64,000 bases of DNA from Bacteroidota bacterium (GCA_046303115.1 JBKCGZ010000100.1:10928-74927), one strand, 5' to 3'; shown: positions 19,999 to 31,879, counted from the first letter of the stretch. Program-made: numbers and translations. Notes: generated by a model not told the origin, from the letters alone.

Positions 19999-22053
19999 AT
20001 GAGTAACACTTCGGGAAGAAACCAACAAGTAGTGGTAGCAGGTATTTTTACCTCCTTGATTGTTATTTTTATTATTCGGCTTTTTTATGTTCAGATTATA
20101 GAAGAATCATATACCGTATCAGCCAATAATAATGTATTGCGTTATATGACTGATTATCCTGCACGTGGAATGGTTTATGATCGCAATGGAAAAATACTCG
20201 CATTTAATCAAGCGGTTTATGATTTGATGGTTATCCCTCGTCAGGTGAAAGAACTCGACACTTTAGACTTTTGTAAATTACTGGATATATCCAAAGAGGA
20301 CTTTTTAGAAAAATTTAAGAAAGCAAAAAACTATTCACGTATCCGTCCATCGATATTTGAAAAGCAAATATCGGCTGAGACTTATGCCACCTTGCAGGAG
20401 AAGCTTTTTAAGTTCAAAGGGTTCTATGTTCAACCAAGAACAATTCGTAAATATCCTAATAATACTGCATCGCATGTATTAGGATATATTGGTGAGGTAA
20501 CAGATAAAGTTATTGAGAAGAATCCGTATTACCGCCAAGGTGATTACATTGGCACAAGCGGAATAGAACAAAGCTACGAAGAAGAATTACGTGGAGTGCG
20601 AGGGGTTCGCATTGTAATGGTGGACGTTTTTAATCGTGAAAAAGGAAGTTACAAAAATGGATCATACGACACTGTTGCAGTAGCAGGTTCCAATCTCGTT
20701 GCAACTTTGGATGCCGATTTACAAGCTTATGGTGAAAAATTAATGGCTAATAAAATTGGAGCGTTAGTAGCCATTGAACCGAAGACAGGGGAGATACTTT
20801 CGATGATATCTAGTCCTTCTTATGACCCTAATTTATTAGTTGGTCGTGCGCGTTCTAAGAATTATGGATACCTCCTAAAAGAATCTTCAAAACCTTTATT
20901 TAATCGTGCAATGCAGGCTTATTATCCCCCTGGCTCAACATTCAAATTGACAAATGCATTAGCTGCATTGCAAGAAGGGATTATTAATCCGATGACCACA
21001 TTCCCTCATAGTTTTGTTGTTGGTTCAAAGAGTGTACACTGCCACCCTCACCCACCTATTGCCCTAGAAGGTGCTATACAATATTCATGTAATCCTTATT
21101 TCTGTAATACTTTCAGAGCATTTGTTGACAATAACAAATTTGCTGATAGTGAAACAGGCTATAATGCCTGGAGAACCTATCAGGAGAGCTTTGGTATCGG
21201 GAAAAAAATTGGCGTTGATTTACCACATGAGTTAAAAGGGTTGCTTCCAACAACTACTTTTTACGATAAGTACTATGGTCGTCATCATTGGAAGGCTTCG
21301 ACTATTTATTCATTAGGAATTGGGCAAGGAGAACTAGGAATTACACCTCTTCAAATGGCCAATGTTATGTGCATCATAGCAAACAAGGGTTATTATTATA
21401 CTCCGCATATCATTAAAAAAATTGCAGGAAAAGTTAATACTACAAGAGGTTTATCAGAAAAGCATTTTACTAAGATTTCAGAGACGAATTTTACTGTGGT
21501 GCAAGATGGAATGCAACGAGTTGTTGAGGCAGGAACAGCGAGAGTTGCTCAGTTCAGAGAAGTAGTTATTTGCGGAAAAACCGGAACAGCACAAAATCCT
21601 CATGGAAAAGACCATTCATTATTTGTAGGCTTTGCACCAAGAGAAAATCCACGTATAGCCATTGCTGTTATGGTAGAAAATGCGGGATATGGCGCTTCAT
21701 GGGCAGCTCCAATCGCCAGCTTAATGATGGAGAAATTTATGTATGATTCCATATCACGTCCTGACTTAGAAGAAAAAATGATGAAAGGTGATTTGATTAA
21801 CATCATTAATAACACTTTAGAAAAGAAACCAGAAAATATCGATGCACAAATAATTGGTCCTTCATTAAAAGATTTACTACCCGAATTAGAACTAAATGAC
21901 TGGGCAGTTGTCGACAATGAACTTATTGAAAAGTCAATTGACGATAAAAAAAATAGCAATGATAATAGCTCTAAAAATGAAAAGCCATTATGGTTGGATA
22001 TTTTTAATTTCAATATCATTATCAGAATCGAAAAAAACGAATACTTCTGTTAA
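19999..22053 (+). CDS. mrdA: Penicillin-binding protein 2 (elongasome transpeptidase)
   Basis: 684 aa with SxxK (PGSTFK), SxN and KTG (GKTGTA) motifs. It carries a ~70-aa low-complexity acidic/Lys-rich C-terminal tail. Confidence 0.92.
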   Translation: MSNTSGRNQQVVVAGIFTSLIVIFIIRLFYVQIIEESYTVSANNNVLRYMTDYPARGMVYDRNGKILAFNQAVYDLMVIPRQVKELDTLDFCKLLDISKEDFLEKFKKAKNYSRIRPSIFEKQISAETYATLQEKLFKFKGFYVQPRTIRKYPNNTASHVLGYIGEVTDKVIEKNPYYRQGDYIGTSGIEQSYEEELRGVRGVRIVMVDVFNREKGSYKNGSYDTVAVAGSNLVATLDADLQAYGEKLMANKIGALVAIEPKTGEILSMISSPSYDPNLLVGRARSKNYGYLLKESSKPLFNRAMQAYYPPGSTFKLTNALAALQEGIINPMTTFPHSFVVGSKSVHCHPHPPIALEGAIQYSCNPYFCNTFRAFVDNNKFADSETGYNAWRTYQESFGIGKKIGVDLPHELKGLLPTTTFYDKYYGRHHWKASTIYSLGIGQGELGITPLQMANVMCIIANKGYYYTPHIIKKIAGKVNTTRGLSEKHFTKISETNFTVVQDGMQRVVEAGTARVAQFREVVICGKTGTAQNPHGKDHSLFVGFAPRENPRIAIAVMVENAGYGASWAAPIASLMMEKFMYDSISRPDLEEKMMKGDLINIINNTLEKKPENIDAQIIGPSLKDLLPELELNDWAVVDNELIEKSIDDKKNSNDNSSKNEKPLWLDIFNFNIIIRIEKNEYFC

Positions 22054-22056
22054 TCC

Positions 22057-23319
22057 GTGAGGCAGCAAAAAAACATATTTGAAAATATTGATTGGGTATT
22101 AGTGCTACTATTCCTAGCATTTGTGCTAATGGGATGGATGAATATTTATGCAGCGGTATATAATGAGGAGCACAGTAATATTTTCGATATGAGTCAGAAT
22201 TATGGGAAGCAGCTGATGTGGATTGGAACATCCTTATTAATAGGCATGGCTATATTAGTAATTGATGGGAAATTTTTCGCATCTTTCTCCTACCCTACGT
22301 ACGTTTCCGTTTTACTTTTATTACTAGTTGTTTTAGCAGTTGCAAAAAATGTACAAGGTGCGAGATCATGGATTGAAATAGGTTCTTTCAAGTTACAGCC
22401 TTCTGAATTTGCAAAGTTTGCAACCAGTATGGCATTAGCCAAATACTTGAGCACATTGAATATTCGGATGCAGGATACAAAAACTAAGTTAACCGCAGGA
22501 GCTATCATTTTAATTCCGATGGCCTTTGTCTTATTACAAAATGATACGGGATCGGCTTTAGTATTTTGTGCTTTTATATTCGTTTTATTCCGTGAAGGAT
22601 TATCACAAAACTTTTTAATCTTCGGATTTTTAGGAGCCGTATTATTTGTTTTGGCTTTAATGGTACCAGCAAAGATTTTAATTGGTGTCATAGGCGGAAT
22701 TGGCTTGTTGGCGTATCTCTTAATGCGCAAATCGAAGCAAAACTTAATTACGGTTGCTGTCATTACTTCTATGTGCTGCGGCGCCGTTTTTTCTGTAGAC
22801 TATGCATACAACAAAGTTTTACAAGCACATCAAAGAGAAAGAATAGAAGTATTGCTAGGTAAAAAGTCGGACCCTAAAGGTGCTGGCTATAATGTAAACC
22901 AATCGTTAATTGCAATTGGTTCAGGTGGATTTTTGGGAAAAGGTTATTTGCAGGGTACACAGACAAAATATGACTTTGTACCAGAGCAAAGTACAGATTT
23001 TATCTTTTGCACAGTAGGAGAAGAATGGGGGTTTGTTGGAACTACTGTTGTATTGTTAATGTTCCTTGCACTCTTGTATCGCATCTTATTTATTGCTGAA
23101 CGTCAACGGTCATCCTACACACGTATTTATGCATATGGTGTAGCATCGATTATCTTTTTTCATGTGATGGTAAATGTTGGAATGGCCATCGGGCTTGCGC
23201 CTGTTATTGGAATCCCACTGCCATTTTTTAGTTACGGAGGATCGTCGTTGTGGAGCTTTACAATACTTCTTTTTGTATTGATTAAACTAGATAGTTATCG
23301 GATGTACGTACTTCGATAA
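22057..23319 (+). CDS. rodA: Peptidoglycan glycosyltransferase RodA (SEDS family)
   Basis: 420 aa with a GTG start 3 nt after mrdA. SEDS pattern (QPSEFAK, TDFIF, PLPFFSYGGSS). Confidence 0.93.
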   Translation: MRQQKNIFENIDWVLVLLFLAFVLMGWMNIYAAVYNEEHSNIFDMSQNYGKQLMWIGTSLLIGMAILVIDGKFFASFSYPTYVSVLLLLLVVLAVAKNVQGARSWIEIGSFKLQPSEFAKFATSMALAKYLSTLNIRMQDTKTKLTAGAIILIPMAFVLLQNDTGSALVFCAFIFVLFREGLSQNFLIFGFLGAVLFVLALMVPAKILIGVIGGIGLLAYLLMRKSKQNLITVAVITSMCCGAVFSVDYAYNKVLQAHQRERIEVLLGKKSDPKGAGYNVNQSLIAIGSGGFLGKGYLQGTQTKYDFVPEQSTDFIFCTVGEEWGFVGTTVVLLMFLALLYRILFIAERQRSSYTRIYAYGVASIIFFHVMVNVGMAIGLAPVIGIPLPFFSYGGSSLWSFTILLFVLIKLDSYRMYVLR

Positions 23320-23321
23320 GC

Positions 23322-24572
23322 TTACGAAATACCGTTAATTTTTAAATAATCAACGATGATTTTTGTTGCTCCTTTGCGAGTCTCAACAAACTTCTTGTTC
23401 GATTCACATACCTGATTATACTTTATTGGATCAGATTTCAATTCATTAAAAACAAGAAGTAAATTTTTTGAACCTTGCACAGAGAAAGCACTTTTTAATT
23501 TAACGAGTTCAACCGCTTCGTTGAACTTTTTATAGTTCGGTCCGAAAAAAATGGGTGCCCCATAAACAGCTGCTTCTAGGATATTATGAATACCTACACC
23601 AAAGCCACCACCTATATAAACATAGTCGGCATAGCGATAAATACGAGATAACAATCCAACATTATCGATGATTAAAATTTTAAAATCTTTCAGTGGTTTG
23701 TTGTCGATTTTCGAATAACGGATAGTCATACCGTTATAATTACTTTCTATTTCAGAGATCTCGTCCTCTTTGATTTCATGCGGTGCAATTACAAAACAAA
23801 AATCATCGGCTACTGCATCAATCCATTTTTCAACAACATGCATATCAGCCTTCCAAAAGGAACCAACTACAATTAACTTTCTATTGGCTTTAAACGATTC
23901 AATATCGTCTAAGTGCTTATACTCCGCTGCAATTTTGCTTACGGCATCAAATCGAGTATCACCTGAAACTGTAACTTTAGCAATTGAATTTTTATAAAGC
24001 AATTTCAACGATGCCTGATCTTGTACAAACAAATGATTATATCTTATCAGCATCTGCTTGAAAAAACCTCCATACCATTTAAAAAACACTTGATTCTCTC
24101 TGAAAATTGCAGAAACACAGAAAAAAGGTATTTTCTTTTTTGCCAAATATCGCCCATAAAAATACCAGAATTCATACTTGACAAAAAACACCATTTTAGG
24201 TTGAATTGCTTTTATAAATCGGCGTGATGCAGATGGCCCATCCAACGGCATATAAAAAACATAATCCGCCACAGGAGTATTCTTTCTAACATTATATCCC
24301 GAAGGAGAAAAAAAAGTAAGTACGATTTTATAATCTGGATAAGCCTCTTTTAAAGCTTCTAACAAAGGTTTGCCTTGTTCAAATTCACCCAACGAAGCAC
24401 AATGCACCCATATTCGTTGCTCTTGAACATCCTCTAATTTTTTCCAAACTGGAGCAAGTTGTCGGCGACCGTTTAACCACTGATATGCCTTACCATTAAA
24501 GCGTGCTGCAACCTTAATCGACAAACGATAAAGCTGGATACATAGGTAATAAATTGGCGAAAGAAAACTCAT
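23322..24572 (-). CDS. waaA: 3-deoxy-D-manno-octulosonic acid (Kdo) transferase
   Basis: 416 aa. WVHCASLGEFEQGKPLLEAL is the characteristic WaaA N-terminal motif, and the fold length is GT-B like. Confidence 0.88.
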   Translation of the reverse strand: MSFLSPIYYLCIQLYRLSIKVAARFNGKAYQWLNGRRQLAPVWKKLEDVQEQRIWVHCASLGEFEQGKPLLEALKEAYPDYKIVLTFFSPSGYNVRKNTPVADYVFYMPLDGPSASRRFIKAIQPKMVFFVKYEFWYFYGRYLAKKKIPFFCVSAIFRENQVFFKWYGGFFKQMLIRYNHLFVQDQASLKLLYKNSIAKVTVSGDTRFDAVSKIAAEYKHLDDIESFKANRKLIVVGSFWKADMHVVEKWIDAVADDFCFVIAPHEIKEDEISEIESNYNGMTIRYSKIDNKPLKDFKILIIDNVGLLSRIYRYADYVYIGGGFGVGIHNILEAAVYGAPIFFGPNYKKFNEAVELVKLKSAFSVQGSKNLLLVFNELKSDPIKYNQVCESNKKFVETRKGATKIIVDYLKINGIS

Positions 24573-25327
24573 TAATACGTATAAAATTTTTCAGGTGCTT
24601 GCTTGTAGAATGGCATTATCCAGCCAAGTTTAATACCCATCAATAAGTCGAAACGACTTCCTGTATCTGGTAGACCTGTACTATAATTAAAATTGCGTTT
24701 CCCTTGAGTAAATCCCTCTATGAATTCGAAACCGCCAAAAAAGTTGACCAACCTTTTATTTCCAAGGTAAGCATACCCAATAAATTGTCGTAAAGCGATT
24801 CCATTGGTTAATCGGTCGTACCCTTGAAGGTAATCACCCTGTAATGCGGGAACTGCATTTTTCTTATCCTCTATTCGTATTTTATGCTGCATGAAACCGG
24901 CACCAGCCTGAAGAAAAATTCCGCAGTTGGGGTTAGGTCCTTTGTAGGGGATGATTTTTCCAACATTAGCGAAAACGGTATAACCTCTCTCATAGGCCCT
25001 GATATCGGCAAATAAACCATCGCTTCCAATGATATAACCGCCATCAACAGTCAGGTTTGAAAAAATGGATGTCTCCTTGATTTGTGTCCCGAAAATAAAG
25101 TTCCCCTCAAGTGAAAAAGTCCAGTTTTTTTTGTTTTTTAAACCTACCGAAATACCTACTGTAGAGTTAGTTCCGAAGCGATTGGCCATATCCCCACCAG
25201 GGATTTGAATCGAAAACGAGGGCGACACTAAAACACATTTTATGACTGAATCTTTAACACTTGACTGCGCATTTACCCCGTATAATCCGAAGCAAAACAA
25301 TATCAAAGTAAGAATTGTATTTTTCAT
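24572..25327 (-). CDS. Hypothetical outer-membrane beta-barrel-like protein
   Basis: 251 aa with a signal peptide (...GVNAQ), alternating beta-strand-like composition and an aromatic C-terminus (FYTY). Its stop overlaps the waaA ATG (TAATG). Confidence 0.45.
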   Translation of the reverse strand: MKNTILTLILFCFGLYGVNAQSSVKDSVIKCVLVSPSFSIQIPGGDMANRFGTNSTVGISVGLKNKKNWTFSLEGNFIFGTQIKETSIFSNLTVDGGYIIGSDGLFADIRAYERGYTVFANVGKIIPYKGPNPNCGIFLQAGAGFMQHKIRIEDKKNAVPALQGDYLQGYDRLTNGIALRQFIGYAYLGNKRLVNFFGGFEFIEGFTQGKRNFNYSTGLPDTGSRFDLLMGIKLGWIMPFYKQAPEKFYTY

Positions 25328-25447
25328 TGCTCAAAATTACTAAAATTCAAGATATAAACTAGGCGGCTTTTAAGAGTAAAATACTATCTTCGCAGAGTTA
25401 TTTTAAGGGGTATACAGTGCCCGTCAAAAATCATTAAAAAATTGAAA

Positions 25448-26587
25448 ATGGAAGCAGTAAAAAAAATGCAGATGGTTGACTTGTTAAGTCAGTATCACAA
25501 AATCAAAAATGAAATCGACCAAGCAATATTGAACGTTGTTAACTCTTCAGCTTACATCAACGGGCCAGAAGTAAAAACATTCGCGAAAGAATTAGAAGAC
25601 TACATGGGAGTAAAGCATGTGATTCCTTGTGCTAACGGTACCGATGCATTGCAGATTGCGATGATGGCTTTGGACTTAAAACCTGGTGATGAAGTTATCA
25701 CCGCAAGTTTTACCTATGTAGCAACTGCTGAAGTTATTGCCTTGCTTCAATTGAAACCCGTTTTAGTGGATGTTTATAGCGATGATTTTACGATTGATTG
25801 TGATGCGATTGAAAAAGCAATTACTCCTAAGACAAAAGCGATTGTTCCAGTTCATCTTTTCGGACAATGCGCGGATATGCAACGCGTAATGGAAATCGCA
25901 AAGAAGCACAACTTGTTTGTGATTGAAGATACAGCTCAGGCAATTGGTGCTGATTATAAAATGGCAGACGGAAGTACTCATAAAGCAGGAACAATCGGAA
26001 CAATCGGAACTACGTCCTTCTTCCCGTCTAAAAACTTAGGTTGCATGGGAGATGGTGGAGCAATCTTCACGAACGATGATCAATTAGCAGCTCGTTTAAG
26101 AATGATTGCTAACCATGGTCAGTCGGTACAGTATGTACATGATGATATTGGAGTTAACTCACGACTTGATAGTATGCAAGCTGCCATTCTAAGAGTTAAA
26201 CTTCCTCACTTAAACGAATATTGCGTTGCTCGTCAGAAGGCTGCTGCTTTTTACGACAATGCATTTGCAAATAATCCGAAGATTAAAACGCCTGCTCGTC
26301 AGAAGGATTCAACACATGTTTTTCATCAATACACATTGATTTTAAACGGAATAGACAGGGCGGAATTACGAAGCTTCTTAGATACGAAAGGAATTCCGAG
26401 CATGATCTATTACCCTATTCCTCTTCATATGCAAAAGGCGTATACGGATCCACGTTACAAGCAAGGCGACTTCCCTGTAACTGAGCATTTATGCGCTAAC
26501 GTTATTTCATTGCCTATGCATACTGAATTAACAACAGACGACTTACAATATATTACAGATTCAGTTTTGGAATTTGTAAACAAATAG
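25448..26587 (+). CDS. DegT/DnrJ/EryC1/StrS family sugar aminotransferase (WbpE-like)
   Basis: PLP aminotransferase pattern (CANGTDAL, SFFPSKNLG with the Schiff-base Lys). The start is ambiguous (TTG 25442, ATG 25448, 25466 or 25472). Confidence 0.85.
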   Translation: MEAVKKMQMVDLLSQYHKIKNEIDQAILNVVNSSAYINGPEVKTFAKELEDYMGVKHVIPCANGTDALQIAMMALDLKPGDEVITASFTYVATAEVIALLQLKPVLVDVYSDDFTIDCDAIEKAITPKTKAIVPVHLFGQCADMQRVMEIAKKHNLFVIEDTAQAIGADYKMADGSTHKAGTIGTIGTTSFFPSKNLGCMGDGGAIFTNDDQLAARLRMIANHGQSVQYVHDDIGVNSRLDSMQAAILRVKLPHLNEYCVARQKAAAFYDNAFANNPKIKTPARQKDSTHVFHQYTLILNGIDRAELRSFLDTKGIPSMIYYPIPLHMQKAYTDPRYKQGDFPVTEHLCANVISLPMHTELTTDDLQYITDSVLEFVNK

Positions 26588-26653
26588 TTTTGAATTTAAG
26601 CGAGACAATAACTAAATAAGTTAGTAAAAAAGCGACTTTAAAAAAATACAAGA

Positions 26654-27970
26654 ATGAATATAGCAGTTGTAGGAACAGGATACGTAGGATTGGTGACGGG
26701 AACCTGTTTCGCAGAAAACGGGAATCATGTAACGTGTGTAGATATCGACGCGAATAAAGTGGAGAAAATGAAGAATGGAATCATTCCCATTTATGAGCCT
26801 CACTTAGATGTATTATTCGAGCGAAACATTAAACAAAACAGATTAATTTTTACCACGAATCTCGAAGAAGCAATTAAAGATGCAACTATTATTTTCTTAG
26901 CATTACCAACACCTCCGGGAGAAGATGGTTCAGCTGACTTATCATACGTAATAGGAGTTGCAAAGCAATTAGGAAAAATCATTAAGGAATATAAAATTAT
27001 TATTAATAAAAGTACAGTACCGGTTGGCACGGCGGAGAAAGTACGCGCTGCGGTTGCTGAAAATGCAAAATGTGAGTTCGATGTGATTTCAAATCCTGAA
27101 TTTTTAAGAGAGGGTTTTGCTGTGGATGATTTCATGAAACCAGATCGCGTTGTCATTGGAACGAATAGCGAAAAGGCTAAAAAAATCATGAGTGATTTAT
27201 ATGCCCCGTTTGTTCGTCAGGGAAACCCGATTTATTTCATGGATGAGCGCTCATCAGAGCTGACTAAGTATGCCGCAAATGCATTCCTTGCTACTAAAAT
27301 CACTTTCATGAATGAGATTGCAAATCTTTGTGAGCGAGTAGGTGCTAATGTTGATTCTGTACGAATTGGAATTGGCTCTGATGATAGAATTGGAAAAAGA
27401 TTTTTATTTGCTGGAATCGGATATGGTGGAAGCTGTTTTCCAAAAGATGTACAAGCGTTAGCAAAAACATCCAAAGAATACAACTACGATTTTCAGATTT
27501 TAAATTCAGTGATGAATGTTAACGAAAAACAGAAAACAACCATCGTAGAAAAAATCAAATCGTTTTACAATAACCAAATAGAAGGAAAGAAATTCGCATT
27601 ATGGGGATTAGCTTTCAAACCAGATACTGATGATATTCGTGAGGCACCAGCATTATATATCATTCGTGAATTATTAGCAGCAGGGGCTACAATTTCTACT
27701 TTTGATCCTGAGGCTATGTCAAACGTGAAAAAATTATTAGGTGATAAAATTGAATTCACGAATGATCAGTACAGTACTTTAAAGGGAGCGGACGCTTTAA
27801 TCATTGCAACTGAATGGTCTGTCTTCAGAACACCTGATTTTGAAAAAATGAATAGCTTGATGAAATCGAAAGTAATATTCGATGGAAGAAATTTATACGA
27901 CTTACAACGTATGAACGATTTAGGTTACTATTACAACAGCGTTGGTAGAGACGTGGTAAAATCAAACTGA
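26654..27970 (+). CDS. ugd: UDP-glucose 6-dehydrogenase
   Basis: 438 aa. [16 protein letters not shown] Rossmann motif and catalytic GGSCFPKD motif. Confidence 0.92.
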   Translation: MNIAVVGTGYVGLVTGTCFAENGNHVTCVDIDANKVEKMKNGIIPIYEPHLDVLFERNIKQNRLIFTTNLEEAIKDATIIFLALPTPPGEDGSADLSYVIGVAKQLGKIIKEYKIIINKSTVPVGTAEKVRAAVAENAKCEFDVISNPEFLREGFAVDDFMKPDRVVIGTNSEKAKKIMSDLYAPFVRQGNPIYFMDERSSELTKYAANAFLATKITFMNEIANLCERVGANVDSVRIGIGSDDRIGKRFLFAGIGYGGSCFPKDVQALAKTSKEYNYDFQILNSVMNVNEKQKTTIVEKIKSFYNNQIEGKKFALWGLAFKPDTDDIREAPALYIIRELLAAGATISTFDPEAMSNVKKLLGDKIEFTNDQYSTLKGADALIIATEWSVFRTPDFEKMNSLMKSKVIFDGRNLYDLQRMNDLGYYYNSVGRDVVKSN

Positions 27971-27975
27971 TTACA

Positions 27976-28950
27976 ATGGAAAAGAAAAGAGTTTTAATTA
28001 CGGGCGCTGCGGGATTTTTAGGTTCACACTTATGCGATCGTTTTATTCGTGAAGGATTTAATGTTGTTGGAATGGATAACCTCATTACTGGCGATTTAAA
28101 AAACATCGAACATCTTTTTAAACTAAAAGAATTTGAATTCTACCACCATGACGTAAGTAAGTTCGTTCATGTCCCTGGAAGAATAGATTATATTTTGCAT
28201 TTCGCTTCTCCTGCTAGTCCGATTGATTATTTAAAAATCCCTATTCAAACTTTAAAAGTTGGTTCATTGGGAACACATAATTTATTGGGATTTGCAAAGG
28301 TTAAGAAAGCAAGAATATTAGTTGCTTCTACAAGTGAAGTTTATGGTGATCCTACCGTGCACCCTCAAACGGAAGATTATTGGGGCAATGTAAATCCAAT
28401 CGGACCTCGTGGTGTTTATGACGAAGCAAAACGTTTTCAAGAGGCGATTACAATGGCTTATCATACCTACCATAATCTTGAAACAAGAATTGTGAGAATC
28501 TTTAATACTTATGGTCCGCGTATGCGTCTGAATGATGGACGTGTATTACCTGCGTTTATCGGACAAGCATTGCGTGGTGAAGACTTAACTGTATTTGGTG
28601 ATGGATCACAAACACGTTCGTTTTGTTATGTTGATGATTTGATCGAAGGAATTTATCGTTTGTTGATGAGTGATTATGTTTACCCAGTTAACATTGGTAA
28701 TCCGCAAGAAATTACCATTCGTGAATTTGGTGAAGAGATTATCAAGTTAACAGGTACGAAGCAAGAATTAATTACGAAGCCATTGCCGCAGGATGATCCG
28801 AAGCAACGCAAACCAGATATTTCAAGAGCAAGAGAAATTTTAGGTTGGGAACCGAAAGTAAGTAGAGAAGAAGGATTACGAATCACCTATGAATATTTCA
28901 AAAATCTTCCTCCTGAAGAATTAAATAAAACAGCACATCGTTTCGCATAA
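27976..28950 (+). CDS. UDP-glucuronate decarboxylase (UDP-xylose synthase)
   Basis: 324-aa SDR ([16 protein letters not shown]). It lies directly after ugd, and its overall pattern is typical of UXS. Confidence 0.8.
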   Translation: MEKKRVLITGAAGFLGSHLCDRFIREGFNVVGMDNLITGDLKNIEHLFKLKEFEFYHHDVSKFVHVPGRIDYILHFASPASPIDYLKIPIQTLKVGSLGTHNLLGFAKVKKARILVASTSEVYGDPTVHPQTEDYWGNVNPIGPRGVYDEAKRFQEAITMAYHTYHNLETRIVRIFNTYGPRMRLNDGRVLPAFIGQALRGEDLTVFGDGSQTRSFCYVDDLIEGIYRLLMSDYVYPVNIGNPQEITIREFGEEIIKLTGTKQELITKPLPQDDPKQRKPDISRAREILGWEPKVSREEGLRITYEYFKNLPPEELNKTAHRFA

Positions 28951-28960
28951 AAATAATATC

Positions 28961-29530
28961 ATGGATTACTCTGTACACCCTTCTGCTATTGTTGATGAGG
29001 GATGCAAAATTGGAAAAGGAACTAAAATCTGGCACTTCTCGCATATCATGCCTAATTGTGAAATTGGGGAGAATTGCAATATCGGACAAAATGTAGTTGT
29101 ATCGCCGCAAGTGATATTAGGTAACAATGTAAAAGTTCAGAATAATGTTTCTATCTACACAGGAGTAATTTGTGAAGATGATGTTTTCTTAGGCCCAAGT
29201 ATGGTTTTCACAAATGTGATCAATCCACGTAGTGCAGTTAACAGAAGAGATCAGTATTTAAAGACAACAGTGAAAAGAGGTGCATCGATTGGTGCGAATG
29301 CTACAATTGTATGCGGACATGATATTGGTGCGTTTGCTTTCATTGGTGCAGGTGCGGTGGTAACGAAGAACGTTCCTGACTATGCATTAGTGATTGGCAA
29401 TCCTGCACGTCAAACAGGCTGGATGAGTGAATACGGACACAAACTAAAATTTGATTCTGACGGAATTGCTGTTTGTCCGGAGAGCAATGATAAATATCAG
29501 CTTAAAAATAATTTAGTAACCAAGTTATAA
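28961..29530 (+). CDS. Left-handed beta-helix N-acetyltransferase (WbpD-like)
   Basis: 189 aa with hexapeptide repeats ([13 protein letters not shown]...[13 protein letters not shown]). Confidence 0.8.
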   Translation: MDYSVHPSAIVDEGCKIGKGTKIWHFSHIMPNCEIGENCNIGQNVVVSPQVILGNNVKVQNNVSIYTGVICEDDVFLGPSMVFTNVINPRSAVNRRDQYLKTTVKRGASIGANATIVCGHDIGAFAFIGAGAVVTKNVPDYALVIGNPARQTGWMSEYGHKLKFDSDGIAVCPESNDKYQLKNNLVTKL

Positions 29531-29531
29531 A

Positions 29532-30593
29532 ATGAGAGATTATCAGAATAGCAAAATAAAATTTGCAGTTATAGGTTGTGGTCATATTGGCAAGAGACAT
29601 GCTGAAATGATTCGTCGTAATGAGGAAGCTGAATTAGTTGCGATGTGCGATGTACGAGCAAAAGAAGAATGTGGTTTAGAAAGTTTTGATGGCATTTCTT
29701 TTTATCAATCAGCAGATGAGATGTTAAAGAATCATCCTGATATTGATGTAGTGAATGTTTGTTCTCCTAACGGACTACATGCAGAGCATTCATTAAAGGC
29801 GCTTGAATTTCAAAAGCATGTTGTTTGTGAAAAACCAATGGCTATCAATAAAGCTGATTGCGAGAAAGTAATTTATAAAGCATTACAAGTTTCCAAAAAT
29901 GTATTTGGGGTAATGCAGAACCGTTACTCTCCTCCTTCTGCGTGGTTAAAAGATGTGATTTCAAATAATCGCTTAGGAGAAATTTATATGGTTCAATTAA
30001 ATTGCTTTTGGAATCGTGATGAGCGTTATTACACAGGAAAGAACTGGAAAGGTTCAAGTGATTTAGATGGCGGTACTTTGTTTACACAGTTTTCTCACTT
30101 CATCGATATCATGTATTGGGTATTTGGAGATATTACTGATATTAACGGTGTATTTGCGGACTTTAATCACGAGCATTCTACTTCGTTTGAAGATTCAGGA
30201 ATTGTAAATTTCAAATTTGTAAATGGAGGAATGGGTTGCATTAACTACTCTACTTCAGTTTGGGATAAAAATTTAGAAAGCAGTATCACAGTTATTGGTA
30301 GCAATGGAAGTATTAAGGTAGGTGGACAATACATGAACGAAGTGGAATATTGCCATATCAAAGATTATGTGATGCCTGAATTACCTCCTGCAAATCCAGC
30401 AAACGATTATGGTCATTATAAAGGATCTGCTGCTAACCATCATTATATCATCGAGAATGTAATCGATACGCTGAAAGAAAGAAATACAATGACAACAAAT
30501 GCTCTTGAAGGATTGAAAGTAGTTGAAATTATAGAGCGTATTTATTCATTAAGAAAAATCAATAAAAAAGAAATCCGTTTCAATCATGTATAA
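29532..30593 (+). CDS. Gfo/Idh/MocA family oxidoreductase (WbpB-like)
   Basis: 353 aa with an N-terminal Rossmann motif (FAVIGCGHIGKRH) and EKP motif (CEKPMA). Confidence 0.8.
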   Translation: MRDYQNSKIKFAVIGCGHIGKRHAEMIRRNEEAELVAMCDVRAKEECGLESFDGISFYQSADEMLKNHPDIDVVNVCSPNGLHAEHSLKALEFQKHVVCEKPMAINKADCEKVIYKALQVSKNVFGVMQNRYSPPSAWLKDVISNNRLGEIYMVQLNCFWNRDERYYTGKNWKGSSDLDGGTLFTQFSHFIDIMYWVFGDITDINGVFADFNHEHSTSFEDSGIVNFKFVNGGMGCINYSTSVWDKNLESSITVIGSNGSIKVGGQYMNEVEYCHIKDYVMPELPPANPANDYGHYKGSAANHHYIIENVIDTLKERNTMTTNALEGLKVVEIIERIYSLRKINKKEIRFNHV

Positions 30594-31875
30594 CGAGTTA
30601 ATCAAAAAAGAAAAAAAGCTTGCGGTAATCGGGTTAGGATATGTAGGATTGCCAATAGCGTTAGAATTCGCGAAGAAAATATCTGTAATCGGATTTGACA
30701 TAAACGCACAACGTGTTGAAATGATGCGTAACAAAATTGATCCATCAGGAGAATTAGAAAGCAGCGCATTTGATAATTGCGATATTCAATTTACGGATTC
30801 GTTGGATGTATTGAGAGAAGCAAACTTTTTTATTGTTGCAGTTCCTACTCCTATCGACGATCATAACTTACCTGATTTAAAACCATTATTAGGCGCTAGT
30901 AAATCAATTGCAGCTGCGCTGAAGAAAGGTGATTATGTTGTTTATGAGTCCACAGTTTACCCAGGGTGTACAGAAGACGATTGTATTCCTGTTTTAGAAG
31001 ATATTACAGGATTAAAATACATTACCGATTTCAAAGTAGGATATTCGCCTGAGCGTATTAACCCTGGTGACAAAGAACATACATTAGCTAAAATCACGAA
31101 AGTAGTTTCTGGATGCGATGCCGAATCAGCAGAAGAAATTGCAAAGGTTTATGAGATAGTTGTTGAAGCAGGAGTACATAAAGCAAGCTCAATTAAAGTG
31201 GCCGAAGCAGCAAAGATTATTGAGAACACTCAGCGTGATGTAAACATCGCATTGATGAATGAGTTGTCAATCATCTTTAACAAAATGGGCATTAATACTT
31301 ACGAAGTATTAGAAGCTGCAGGTACTAAATGGAACTTTTTAAAGTTTATGCCAGGTTTAGTTGGTGGACATTGCATTGGTGTTGATCCTTACTATTTAAC
31401 TTATAAGGCACAGGAGTTAGGATACCATGCACAAATTATCACATCGGGTAGATATGTAAATGACTCGATGGGATTTTATGTAGCGAAGCAAACAGTTAAG
31501 AAGCTTATCGCTTTAGGTATTGATATTAATAAGAGCCGTGTGTTAGTGATGGGGGCTACATTTAAAGAAGATGTAGAAGACATTCGCAATTCGAAAGTAG
31601 TTGATGTGATTAACGAATTTAAATCATATGGAGTTGCTGTTGATGTTATCGATCCACGTGCAAGCAGTGAAGAATTAAAACACGAATACGGTTTTGAATT
31701 AGTTGCAGAAGTAGGAAAAGGATACGATGCCATTGTAGTTGCTGTTAATCATAAAGAATATAAAAACTTTACAGAAGCTGATTTCAAAAAATTAGGTTCA
31801 GATAAAGCAATCATTGTTGACTTAAAAGGAATTTTAAGAGGCAAGATTAAAGAACTTAACTACTGGAGTTTATAA
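30586..31875 (+). CDS. UDP-N-acetyl-hexosamine 6-dehydrogenase (WbpA/WbpO/TviB-like nucleotide-sugar dehydrogenase)
   Basis: 429 aa. LAVIGLGYVGLPIALEF, catalytic GGHCIGVDP. It overlaps the upstream gene by 8 nt. Confidence 0.8.
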   Translation: MYNELIKKEKKLAVIGLGYVGLPIALEFAKKISVIGFDINAQRVEMMRNKIDPSGELESSAFDNCDIQFTDSLDVLREANFFIVAVPTPIDDHNLPDLKPLLGASKSIAAALKKGDYVVYESTVYPGCTEDDCIPVLEDITGLKYITDFKVGYSPERINPGDKEHTLAKITKVVSGCDAESAEEIAKVYEIVVEAGVHKASSIKVAEAAKIIENTQRDVNIALMNELSIIFNKMGINTYEVLEAAGTKWNFLKFMPGLVGGHCIGVDPYYLTYKAQELGYHAQIITSGRYVNDSMGFYVAKQTVKKLIALGIDINKSRVLVMGATFKEDVEDIRNSKVVDVINEFKSYGVAVDVIDPRASSEELKHEYGFELVAEVGKGYDAIVVAVNHKEYKNFTEADFKKLGSDKAIIVDLKGILRGKIKELNYWSL

Positions 31876-31879
31876 TTAA

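Noticed and set aside
21780-22053. Roughly 70-90-aa C-terminal extension of PBP2 as a possible fused or misassembled ORF
   Set aside because: The reading frame is continuous with the transpeptidase domain and ends 3 nt before the rodA GTG start. Low-complexity tails on PBPs are common, and nothing indicates a frameshift.
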